Assembly: GCA_041651455.1 (NCBI GenBank)
Contig: JBAZJG010000002.1
Location: 127,892 to 191,891, forward strand
Reading direction: 5' to 3'
DNA: 64,000 bases
From: Candidatus Omnitrophota bacterium
GTDB lineage: Bacteria > Omnitrophota > Gorgyraeia > Pluralincolimonadales > Pluralincolimonadaceae
Every line of letters starts with the position of its first letter. The stretch's first letter is position 1. Positions 28,129-36,336 of the stretch are shown here, in pieces. Made by a program: the position numbers and the translations under genes. The notes beneath the pieces were generated by a model that ran no database searches, was not told the DNA's origin, and saw nothing but the letters and a program-made list of their open reading frames with translations.

Positions 28129-29151
28129 ATGAACCAAAAAATTTTAGGACAATATTTTACCAAAAAAGATAGATGGCTAAAAGCCCATATTAAAGAATTT
28201 ATTACATCTAGTGGCTGTAGTGAGATTTACGATCCCTTTGCCGGGAATGGAGATTTACTAAAACTCTCTGACAGTCTTGGAATCACTAAAGTATTTGGCT
28301 TGGATATCGATCCTAAAAGAGATTTTCAAGTGAATGATAGTTTGCTAAAAATACCCACTAGAAAAAATGCGATAATAGTTACAAATCCTCCGTACTTATC
28401 TAATTATAGCGCTAAAAGAAAGGGTATTTATGATAATACAGCAAAATACTTTATTGGCTCAGAATATAATGATCTATACTTGATAGCGCTTGAAAAAATG
28501 TTGCAAGCGCAAGAATGTGTTGTTGCAATTGTTCCCGAAACCTTTATAAATAGTAATTTTAAGCATAAATATCGGTTAAATTCGATTACTATAGTAGAAG
28601 AAAATTGTTTTGATGATACAGAGACGCCGATATGTGTTCTTTGCTTTGATGGCAAGGCAAAAGGATATTCAGAAATTAAGGTATATAGAAATGACGAATA
28701 TTTAAATAATCTGGGTTATTATGAAAAATTAAGATTAAAGCCTGGAAAATACATTGCAATTTCTTTTAATGACGCTTCAGGAGATATTGCATTAAGAGCA
28801 GTAGATACGACAAATCCTAGCTCTACAATAAGATTTATGAAAAAAGAAGAGCTCGATTACGATTTAAAAGGAATAAAGGTGAGTTCTAGGTTAATAACAA
28901 TAGTAAAACTGGATAAGTTAAAAAACGATAAACTAGAATCTTATTTACGGGAATGTAATAAGATCCTAGCAAGCTATAGAGACAAAACGAATGACGTGCT
29001 TTTATCACCCTTTAAAGGAAATATGAAAAATGGTCGTAGAAGACGGCGGCTAGATTACGAAACCGCACGGGCTATACTTGAAAATGCATATAATAATATA
29101 TTTGGAGAAGAGCTATTATGGACAACGTCCTCCTATTCGAATACTCGCTAA
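28129..29151 (+). CDS. Gamma-class DNA N6-adenine methyltransferase (Eco57I/TaqI-like; type II R-M methyltransferase).
   Basis: 340 aa. Motif X LGQYFT, motif I DPFAGNGDLL and motif IV NPPY. A TTGACG -35-like box and GGGAGG RBS lie upstream. Confidence 0.75.
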   Translation: MNQKILGQYFTKKDRWLKAHIKEFITSSGCSEIYDPFAGNGDLLKLSDSLGITKVFGLDIDPKRDFQVNDSLLKIPTRKNAIIVTNPPYLSNYSAKRKGIYDNTAKYFIGSEYNDLYLIALEKMLQAQECVVAIVPETFINSNFKHKYRLNSITIVEENCFDDTETPICVLCFDGKAKGYSEIKVYRNDEYLNNLGYYEKLRLKPGKYIAISFNDASGDIALRAVDTTNPSSTIRFMKKEELDYDLKGIKVSSRLITIVKLDKLKNDKLESYLRECNKILASYRDKTNDVLLSPFKGNMKNGRRRRRLDYETARAILENAYNNIFGEELLWTTSSYSNTR

Positions 29152-30062
29152 GCAATAAAGAACAAATATTCGACGATGCCAATAAGAAGGAAATCATAGT
29201 AATTACAGATAATGCTAAGAAAAAGAACAAAGCTATTAGTGGCAATGAAAGATTAATCGAACTGATAACAGCGTATCATGCCATGTATGGTAAGCTAACC
29301 AAGAAACAGGACGATGATATTATTAAGGAAATGGATTCGATACTATTTAAAGTACAGCACATGAATTATTCTGCATTCTCGCAGTATTTTATGGTATGGG
29401 ATATGCCATACTCTGTATTGCAGACTGAAAAAGAAAAAGAAAGAATCAGACTGCTACGCGGATTGCTAATTAAATATATCAAAGATAGGCATTCGATGTA
29501 TTTGTCGCACGGTTATTCGAATATTATTTTACAGGTATTATCTGATAATTACTCACATAAAAGGAGTGGTCCCACAGGAATAAATAAAATAATTATGCTT
29601 GCTGAAAAAGCGGGATTTAAAAGATATCAAAAGGACAATAATATAGAGAAAGATTCTTTTTATCTGTTACCCGATAAAAAAGACGGAGAGAAGCACTTCA
29701 AAAATATATGTAAAATACGTGGCATTAGTTTTAAATGGAGTAAAGCAAAGCAGGGTAAAATGCCAGATTGCTATATCCAGAAAGGTTCAAAAGCATATAT
29801 AATTGAGCATAAGCATAAGAAAGGCGGCGGTGGGGGACAATACGGTGCAATTGTAGAAATAGTCGACCTGCTGAAGTACACCGATAAAAATATATCGTAT
29901 GTAGCATTTATGGATGGAGTGATGTTCAATGAGCTAATCGAAGCATCCACTGACAATAAAATGTCAAAAGCAAAAAACGATATCTATAAGTATCTTAATA
30001 AAAATAAGAACAATTATTTTGTTAATACTGTAGGATTCTCTAAGCTTCTACAAAGTATTTAA
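29118..30062 (+). CDS. Putative type II restriction endonuclease (PD-(D/E)xK), cognate to the upstream methyltransferase.
   Basis: 314 aa overlapping the methyltransferase gene end. MPDCYIQKGSKAYIIEHK fits PD...(D/E)xK. Confidence 0.45.
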   Translation: MDNVLLFEYSLSNKEQIFDDANKKEIIVITDNAKKKNKAISGNERLIELITAYHAMYGKLTKKQDDDIIKEMDSILFKVQHMNYSAFSQYFMVWDMPYSVLQTEKEKERIRLLRGLLIKYIKDRHSMYLSHGYSNIILQVLSDNYSHKRSGPTGINKIIMLAEKAGFKRYQKDNNIEKDSFYLLPDKKDGEKHFKNICKIRGISFKWSKAKQGKMPDCYIQKGSKAYIIEHKHKKGGGGGQYGAIVEIVDLLKYTDKNISYVAFMDGVMFNELIEASTDNKMSKAKNDIYKYLNKNKNNYFVNTVGFSKLLQSI

Positions 30063-30164
30063 TTGCCGGTACCTCCAATCTAAGTATGCTCTGAGCAAGT
30101 CAATTTAAAATATTAGTGACGTATAAAAAGGGGCAGTTTACAAAGCGTCCTAGAATAACTTGTT

Positions 30165-30860
30165 TTGGAAATATTTCTCGTGAAAAGGAATAAATCAATG
30201 GGGAACGATGAGATAAAGGCCTATTTTTGGAAATCAGCCGTTGAATACAGTAAAGGGGATATTACTCAACTTCTTAGCGCAAGATTATCTTGCGCAGGCC
30301 CGTTATTAAGTACTATTTTATCAGGCATCGATAATTTGGGAGGTATATGCTATAAGTTTAAAGATAATAGCAAAGCAAGGTCTATCAAATTTATGAGCGA
30401 AAAAATGAAAATACCTGCGGAGGTAGCAAACTTCCTATATTCAAGCGTAAGGTGTGGTATTGTTCACCAAGGGATGCCAAAAATTGGCCTTAAATTTTTT
30501 GTAGAATATAATCGTCTTGATAAAGGTGCTATTTTCTATAAATGTTCCGAGGGTTATATCTGGTTAAATGTTGTTGAATTAGCTTATTCTTATATTGAGA
30601 CCATTGATAGTATTAGAACAAATGCTGACACGCATATTCATTTTATTCCGTCCCCAAATGATGAAGTACAGCATATTTTTGATCAAGCCGTTAGTAAGGT
30701 TGATAAAAATATAGAAGACCTACTATTAAAGATTATGGAAAAAAAAGAATCTGAGCAAATTGAAAAATTAGAACGCGGCAAAATCACGGCAATAAGTAGT
30801 AGTTCAGCATTTACTCCAGACAATACTTTAATTAGTTGCACTTATCCAATAGAATTATAA
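30165..30860 (+). CDS. Hypothetical protein in the island, function unknown.
   Basis: 231 aa. A more likely start is the internal MGNDEIKAY (ATG at 30198, RBS AAAGGA 8 nt upstream). No motif recognised. Confidence 0.4.
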   Translation: MEIFLVKRNKSMGNDEIKAYFWKSAVEYSKGDITQLLSARLSCAGPLLSTILSGIDNLGGICYKFKDNSKARSIKFMSEKMKIPAEVANFLYSSVRCGIVHQGMPKIGLKFFVEYNRLDKGAIFYKCSEGYIWLNVVELAYSYIETIDSIRTNADTHIHFIPSPNDEVQHIFDQAVSKVDKNIEDLLLKIMEKKESEQIEKLERGKITAISSSSAFTPDNTLISCTYPIEL

Positions 30861-30999
30861 ATTTATTTTTGTGTTTAGGCAGCGTTTTATATACATAGAA
30901 GTACAAAGAATGCAAAAGGGGCAAGATGCAAAGAATCCTGTAGTGTCATGTTTACAAGAGCGCCTCATAATATAATACGTCCCTAGGGGATAAGTTAAA

Positions 31000-32427
31000 A
31001 TGGCATTAACAAAAACAAAAGCATATTTTCGCGAAATACTTGTGTCTAATTTTACTTTTTCTCAAATTCATAACTTAATGGAACAAGCGGGTATCGACAG
31101 AGTTCATGGAGCTGGACAAAATTACTTCAAAGGTAAGCCGTCGAAACCCTCTCTAGTTGATGAATATTATAAAGGAGCCGAGCGCGATAGAAATGGAGAT
31201 GAAAAATTATTAGAGGCTATCAAATTATTATTATCCAAATACGAAGGCCTTAACCCTCCTACCGAAGTAGAAAACCTAATAAAAGCATTAAAAGACGAAA
31301 AACAATCGGCTATACTGGCTCCTTATGGTGAGGCCATCAATAGTGTTAGGACACATATCGAGTCTACCGAGCATAGTACAGAAAAATCAGAAGAATTGCG
31401 CGATGTATTTTTATGTCATGCCAGTAAGGATAAGGAAGATTATATAAGGCCATTCTTAGAGAGGTTAAAAAGAGAAAAAATTACTTACTGGTATGATGAA
31501 GCCGAAATAAAATGGGGAGACAGTTTGGTAGGCAAAATAAGCGAAGGGTTAAGAAAATCAAAATATATAATATTATTTATAAGTAAAAATTTTCTTGAAG
31601 GGAATTGGACAGAAAAAGAATTAAATGCAGCTTTGGGTATGGAAATTGGGTCTGGAGGCATAAAAGCTCTTCCTTTATTTATAGGAGATGCCTCAGATAT
31701 AAAACTGATTCTTGAAAAATATCCGTTATTGGCTGACAAAAAATATGAAAAATGGAATAAGGGCATCGAAGCATTAATCGGTGCTTTAAAAATACGCCTA
31801 GGTGAAAACGTGGGTTATGCGGGAACAATTATGAGAGCAACTGAAAAGCGCGAAGGGACTAGTAAAGAAAACAAAAAGGAACTTCATGTAAATTACAAGA
31901 TATTATCAAATGCAATAATAGGCGGCATTGCATTTATTTCTGTAGGTTTTACGTTACTAGCCATTAATTTTAACTTCTTCAATGCACCTAATAAAACCTC
32001 GACATCTATACCAAAGGTACATATTTCTCAGGAATATCCTTCTTCGCAGGGGTATTCTTATAATCAATATATTGATCTAACAGCAGGAGATCCGGCTGTT
32101 ATGACTTTATTATCAGAAGATCAGCCAATGTGGCTTGGGATGATTAATGTCGATACTTTTAATATAAAAAACCCTATTTTATTTTTAAACTTTGATGGAA
32201 ATGTTAATGTCGATGTTAAACGTCCCGAATCTGATAGATGGGCAGAAATGGATCCAGGGAAACAGTATAACATTAGAATTAATGACGAGATTCAACCTGG
32301 AAATAGAGCAAAATTACCCCCCTTTTATGTCAGATTCCAAAAAGCGGGAATCTATCATGTGTTATATGCAATATCGACGGACGATAGTTTTCCAAGAAGG
32401 GGCTCTTTTGATATTAAAGTAAAATAG
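31000..32427 (+). CDS. TIR-domain protein with a single transmembrane helix and a C-terminal domain of unknown function.
   Basis: 475 aa. The TIR core DVFLCHASKDKEDYIRPFLERLKREKITYWYDEAEIKWGDSLVGKISEGLRKSKYIILFISKNFLEGNWTEKEL spans about aa 135-260. A transmembrane helix IIGGIAFISVGFTLLAINF lies near aa 300. A TATAAT box is at 30971-30976. Confidence 0.75.
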   Translation: MALTKTKAYFREILVSNFTFSQIHNLMEQAGIDRVHGAGQNYFKGKPSKPSLVDEYYKGAERDRNGDEKLLEAIKLLLSKYEGLNPPTEVENLIKALKDEKQSAILAPYGEAINSVRTHIESTEHSTEKSEELRDVFLCHASKDKEDYIRPFLERLKREKITYWYDEAEIKWGDSLVGKISEGLRKSKYIILFISKNFLEGNWTEKELNAALGMEIGSGGIKALPLFIGDASDIKLILEKYPLLADKKYEKWNKGIEALIGALKIRLGENVGYAGTIMRATEKREGTSKENKKELHVNYKILSNAIIGGIAFISVGFTLLAINFNFFNAPNKTSTSIPKVHISQEYPSSQGYSYNQYIDLTAGDPAVMTLLSEDQPMWLGMINVDTFNIKNPILFLNFDGNVNVDVKRPESDRWAEMDPGKQYNIRINDEIQPGNRAKLPPFYVRFQKAGIYHVLYAISTDDSFPRRGSFDIKVK

Positions 32428-32740
32428 TTTAAGGTTTAATTAACGGTGCATAAATAGGCTATTAACCGAAAGCCCTGCGCGACGTCATAACGAATTCTCA
32501 TGTTTAAAGACCGCAGCGACGCCGGAGAAAAGCTATCTTCGTCCTTTGAAAATAATAACGTGTGATTTTGTTTGTACCGGCATAGCATGAAGGAGGTGAT
32601 GGAGGTCAAACAATGATGCCGGGCAAGCGGTTGAGATAAACAGGCAGGGGACCCCACGGGGTTACCCCGATCCCCAGTAATCTGAAAGATTACGGGGATT
32701 AATCCCGGAAATTCTTCGAATTTCTCGGGACAAGCGCGGT

Positions 32741-32759
32741 CAAATCTCGCGGAGATTTG
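32741..32759. promoter_or_regulatory. Perfect 8-bp inverted repeat CAAATCTC-GCG-GAGATTTG upstream of the SIMPL gene.
   Basis: Seen directly, within a 385-nt non-coding region. The same region also contains the stem CCCCAGTAATC/GATTACGGGG (32674-32699) and the palindrome GGGATTAATCCC. Confidence 0.35.
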
Positions 32760-32815
32760 CCCTGTCGGGCCCTGCGGGTAAATTTTGCTTCGCAAAATTT
32801 AGTAAGGGGAGAAAG

Positions 32816-33568
32816 ATGGAGAAGTACGGTTTCCTGCGCAACGCGCAGATAGTGATTTTGGGGATATGTTTTGTAGTGGCGGCGATAGGCTCAGCGGCGA
32901 TATTGACCGACGGGATGGTGAAGTTCAAGAAGGCCTCGGCAGAGGTGATAAACGTCACCGGCTCGGCCGAGAAGAGGATAACGTCGGATTACGCGGTATG
33001 GACGGCCGAGTTCTCGGCGCGGGACCCGCAGATGAAGGCCGCGTTCGCCAGGTTAAAAGAGGACACGGCCAAGGTCAGGGCCTACCTCGCGTCCAAAGGG
33101 ATAACCGAAGGCGAGATGATCGTTTCGCAGGTGGAGACGGCGGTCATCTACAAGAAGAACGAGAAGGGCATCGCCACCAACGAGATCGAGGCCTATTCCT
33201 TAAGCCAGGGGATAGAAGTGCGCTCGGCCGACGTCGCCAAGATAACCGCCGTGTCGCGCGAATCGACGGGCTTGATCGAGCAGGACATCCGGTTCGTTTC
33301 GCACCCGCCGCAGTATTTTTACACCAAGCTGGCAGAGTTGAAGCTCGAGATGTTAGGCGCGGCCTCGGCCGACGCCAAAAAACGGGCCGAACAGATAGCG
33401 TCGGCGTCCGGCAACAGGGTCGGCAGGATACGCTCGGCCGATATGGGCGTCTTCCAGATAACGCCGGTCAATTCGACCGAGGTCTCGGACTGGGGCAGTA
33501 ACGACACCTCATCGCTCGAGAAGAAGGTCTTCGCGGTCGTCCATGCGGATTTTGCGATAACGGAATAG
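32816..33568 (+). CDS. SIMPL-domain (DUF541) periplasmic/membrane protein.
   Basis: 250 aa with an N-terminal transmembrane helix and SIMPL-like spacing. RBS AAGGGGAG. Confidence 0.6.
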   Translation: MEKYGFLRNAQIVILGICFVVAAIGSAAILTDGMVKFKKASAEVINVTGSAEKRITSDYAVWTAEFSARDPQMKAAFARLKEDTAKVRAYLASKGITEGEMIVSQVETAVIYKKNEKGIATNEIEAYSLSQGIEVRSADVAKITAVSRESTGLIEQDIRFVSHPPQYFYTKLAELKLEMLGAASADAKKRAEQIASASGNRVGRIRSADMGVFQITPVNSTEVSDWGSNDTSSLEKKVFAVVHADFAITE

Positions 33569-33587
33569 GGGCGGAATATAGCAGATC

Positions 33588-33920
33588 ATGCCCAAACGCC
33601 TTAAATGCCTCAAACCGGTAGTCGACTCGCGCACGAGGGTGCTGATACTCGGTTCGTTCCCCGGGCCGGAGTCGCTGGCGAGGCAGCTCAGATAATAATA
33701 TCAAAAACCCCGAATTTAATGATATACTATCGCTGTTAAAGGCGCATCCGAAGATCAAAATGGTATGCTTTAACGGCAGGAAGGCGGAAGAGGCGTTCCG
33801 CAGGGCGTTCGGCAGGCATCTGCCGGACGGCATGATCCTGAAGCCGCTGCCTTCAACGAGCTCCGCTAACGCGCAATTATCACCGGAAGAAAAGAAAAGG
33901 ATATGGCTTCGCGTATTCTC
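33588..33920 (+). pseudogene. Frameshifted, degraded hypoxanthine/uracil-DNA glycosylase (UDG family 6-like HDG) pseudogene.
   Basis: The N-terminus MPKRLKCLKPVVDSRTRVLILGSFPGPESLARQLR runs into TAA TAA. The +1 frame continues ...KNPEFNDILSLLKAHPKIKMVCFNGRKAEEAFRRAF...LPSTSSANAQLSPEEKKRIW, matching the HDG C-terminus (FNG...LPSTSPANA). The break is in an AT-rich patch near 33690-33700. Confidence 0.5.
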
Positions 33921-35054
33921 AAATATCTGACGGTCGTATTGTCCTGCATGATGCTTGCCGGCTGCGCGTCGCTTCCCGTGCATAAAGGCCCGTCATATTC
34001 CCTCGATGATATCTATAAGCGCCTGAGTTATAAGACCGACGGCGATTACAGGGTAGTCGACATCTTTTACGCGACGAGCCGGGAAGGCAGCAAACCCAAA
34101 CTTGCCAAAGAGACCGCATACGGCACCTTAAATATCAGGATAGACCCGAGGGTCAGGATAGGGACGATGCTGCCGGACCAGCTCAAGAGCAAGGGCATCC
34201 TGGAGCTCCGGGACACGAACAAGCTGGAACCCGACGCTTTCATAAAGCGGCTCTCCGCGGCTATACAGGCGTCTCCCCATAAATCCCTGCTCGTGCTCAT
34301 ATTCGGCTATAAGGACGGTTTTGAGGCCACGGCGATGAAGGCCGCGTATTTCGCGTACCTTCTTGATGTCGATACGCCTGTGTTATTGTTCGATTGGCCC
34401 GGCGACCAGCCGGTCAGCATCGGCGGTTATATGAAGGCGCAGTCGCTTGCCTCGGCCTCGGGGCCGTACCTGGCGGAGGTGCTCGCGAAGGTCATACGCG
34501 AGGCCAAGCCGGAGAAGGTATGGATAGAGGCGTCGAGCCTCGGATGCCAGGTCGCCTGCGACGCGTTTGGGGAACTCTATAAATATCCCGACTTTGTCGA
34601 TATCGATACCGAGATAGACCACGTGATACTCGCGGCTCCCGACGTCGGCAGTGACGAGTTCAGGGGGAAGTTCAAGGACGAGCTGATGGCTTTGTCGAAT
34701 AAACTCACCGTCTATGTATCCTCCGACGATAACGCCCTTCTGATGAGCGGTTTCATAAACGGCGAGAAGAAGCTCGGCCGGGTGAAACTGCGGGTCAAGG
34801 ACCCGGAACAGCTCGAGGAGGCGAGGGCGCTGCTGTATTTGAAATCGCTCGCGCCGGAGCGGCTGACGGTCATAGATGTCACGCCGATCAATAACGCGAG
34901 CTTCAAGCACGGCTATTACCTCGAGTGCCCGGGCTATTACGATGATTTTTACATGCGGATATTTGACACCGAGCCTCGGATAAACAGGCATCTCTACCTG
35001 CTCAAGACCGCCGAAGGCGCGGATTACTGGGTCATGCAGGACCCGAAAGAATAA
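33903..35054 (+). CDS. Lipoprotein of the alpha/beta-hydrolase superfamily (DUF900-like).
   Basis: 383 aa with lipobox MLAGC and a Ser in GDQPVSIGGY. Family assignment is tentative. Confidence 0.45.
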   Translation: MASRILKYLTVVLSCMMLAGCASLPVHKGPSYSLDDIYKRLSYKTDGDYRVVDIFYATSREGSKPKLAKETAYGTLNIRIDPRVRIGTMLPDQLKSKGILELRDTNKLEPDAFIKRLSAAIQASPHKSLLVLIFGYKDGFEATAMKAAYFAYLLDVDTPVLLFDWPGDQPVSIGGYMKAQSLASASGPYLAEVLAKVIREAKPEKVWIEASSLGCQVACDAFGELYKYPDFVDIDTEIDHVILAAPDVGSDEFRGKFKDELMALSNKLTVYVSSDDNALLMSGFINGEKKLGRVKLRVKDPEQLEEARALLYLKSLAPERLTVIDVTPINNASFKHGYYLECPGYYDDFYMRIFDTEPRINRHLYLLKTAEGADYWVMQDPKE

Positions 35055-35665
35055 TGTGCGGAAGGTTTACCCTCTATAAAGCCGGCGACGGCACGATAAA
35101 GAAGAAATATTCGCTGACGAAGGTGACGTTCAAGCTCGCGCCGCGCCGAAATATCTCGCCGCAGGAAGATATCCCGGTCATACTTAACGATACGCCGGAT
35201 ACGCTCTCGCTCGCCAGGTGGGGATTCATACCGCATTGGGCCAAGGACGGCTACGACGTCCACGCGATGATAAACGCGAGGGCGGAGACGCTCGCTGAAA
35301 AACCTTTCTTCCGCGATTCGGCCCGCTCGCGAAGGTGCATAATCCCGGCGGACGGGTTCTATGAATGGCAGGCCCCGGCAGGCGGCAAGGGCCGCAAGGT
35401 CCCTTACAAAATAACGATGAAGGACGGCGGCTTATTCTCGTTCGCGGGGGTCTGGGACCTCTGGGAAAAAGAAGGCCAGCGGCTCGTCAGTTGTGCTATA
35501 ATAACTACTGAAGCTAACTCACTGGTCAAAAAGATACACGAACGGATGCCCGTGATATTGCCCGACGGCTCGGAGAAGGCGTGGCTCGGTTCCTACGACG
35601 CAAAACTCTTAAAACCATTCGACCCCGGCATGATGAAGGCGGAGGTTTCTGACCCCGATGAATGA
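35054..35665 (+). CDS. yedK: SOS-response-associated peptidase (SRAP, YedK/HMCES family) abasic-site sensor.
   Basis: 203 aa. Signature N-terminal MCGRFT (catalytic Cys2). Conserved downstream motifs (RWGFIPHWAKD, PADGFYEW, ERMPVIL). Confidence 0.85.
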   Translation: MCGRFTLYKAGDGTIKKKYSLTKVTFKLAPRRNISPQEDIPVILNDTPDTLSLARWGFIPHWAKDGYDVHAMINARAETLAEKPFFRDSARSRRCIIPADGFYEWQAPAGGKGRKVPYKITMKDGGLFSFAGVWDLWEKEGQRLVSCAIITTEANSLVKKIHERMPVILPDGSEKAWLGSYDAKLLKPFDPGMMKAEVSDPDE

Positions 35666-36305
35666 AGGCCTTATTCCGGTATTCAGCTCTTATAACCGCG
35701 CGGATATAATGACGGCAAAATCCCTGCTAACGAGCGCCGGCATCGAATATTATGTCGAAGGCGAAGACGTCCAGGATATCATCGCATGGGGCAGTATCGG
35801 GGGCGGTAATCCCGTTACGGGCCCCGTTAATATCCTGGTTGACGAAAATGACGCGCCCGAAGCGGTTGAAATATTAAAAGAAATAACAACATCCCGCCCC
35901 AGCCTGCCCGATGGCCGGACGAAAAATGATAGCGACAGCGATTTCTCCGCTTTTATAACAATATCCTCGATCGCCGGCTCTGTGCTGCTCGTTTCCGTGG
36001 AATACAGGCTACTCGAGTACAATGGCGATATTTCCCAAATAGGGCTTTTTCTGTTTATTGTGAACCTGGCTGTTTCCGTGCCGCTTTCAGTATTGATCGG
36101 GAAGTTCCTTTTTAACAAAGGCCGGTCCAAAAAAGCATCCAAGCTGGTTAGCGAGACGGTATTTACGCAGGTGGATATCGACCGTGACGAGAAACAAGCG
36201 GAGCGCAAGTTTAAAGGCCTGGTAACGGGCCTGATCGCCGTCGTATTGCTTGTAATATTGTCGATCGTATATTTCGGTACCGCGGTATTCAGAGCGGCGA
36301 AATAG
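35658..36305 (+). CDS. DUF2007-domain protein with C-terminal transmembrane helices.
   Basis: 215 aa. N-terminal PVFSSYNRADIMTAKSLLTSAGIEYYVEGED...ILVDENDAPEAVEILKE is DUF2007-like. Three transmembrane helices follow. Confidence 0.45.
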   Translation: MNEGLIPVFSSYNRADIMTAKSLLTSAGIEYYVEGEDVQDIIAWGSIGGGNPVTGPVNILVDENDAPEAVEILKEITTSRPSLPDGRTKNDSDSDFSAFITISSIAGSVLLVSVEYRLLEYNGDISQIGLFLFIVNLAVSVPLSVLIGKFLFNKGRSKKASKLVSETVFTQVDIDRDEKQAERKFKGLVTGLIAVVLLVILSIVYFGTAVFRAAK

Positions 36306-36336
36306 GGGGACGCAAACCAACATTGAGAGGAGAAAC

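Larger units (their letters stand above)
25280..32460. other. AT-rich (roughly 30-35% GC against about 60% flanks) horizontally acquired island of defence-type genes.
   Basis: There is an abrupt compositional shift after 25276 and back near 32450-32560. Seven + strand ORFs encode two N6-adenine methyltransferases, a ParB-like protein, a PD-(D/E)xK endonuclease-like protein, a TIR-domain protein and two unknowns. No integrase, transposase or tRNA was seen. Confidence 0.7.

Noticed and set aside
32650-32720. A possible tRNA or tmRNA fragment at the island edge (GGGATTAATCCC resembles a T-arm).
   Set aside because: The loop is 4 nt, not the 7-nt T-loop. No acceptor, D or anticodon arm arrangement is present. 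The 10-bp stem is too long for an anticodon stem.
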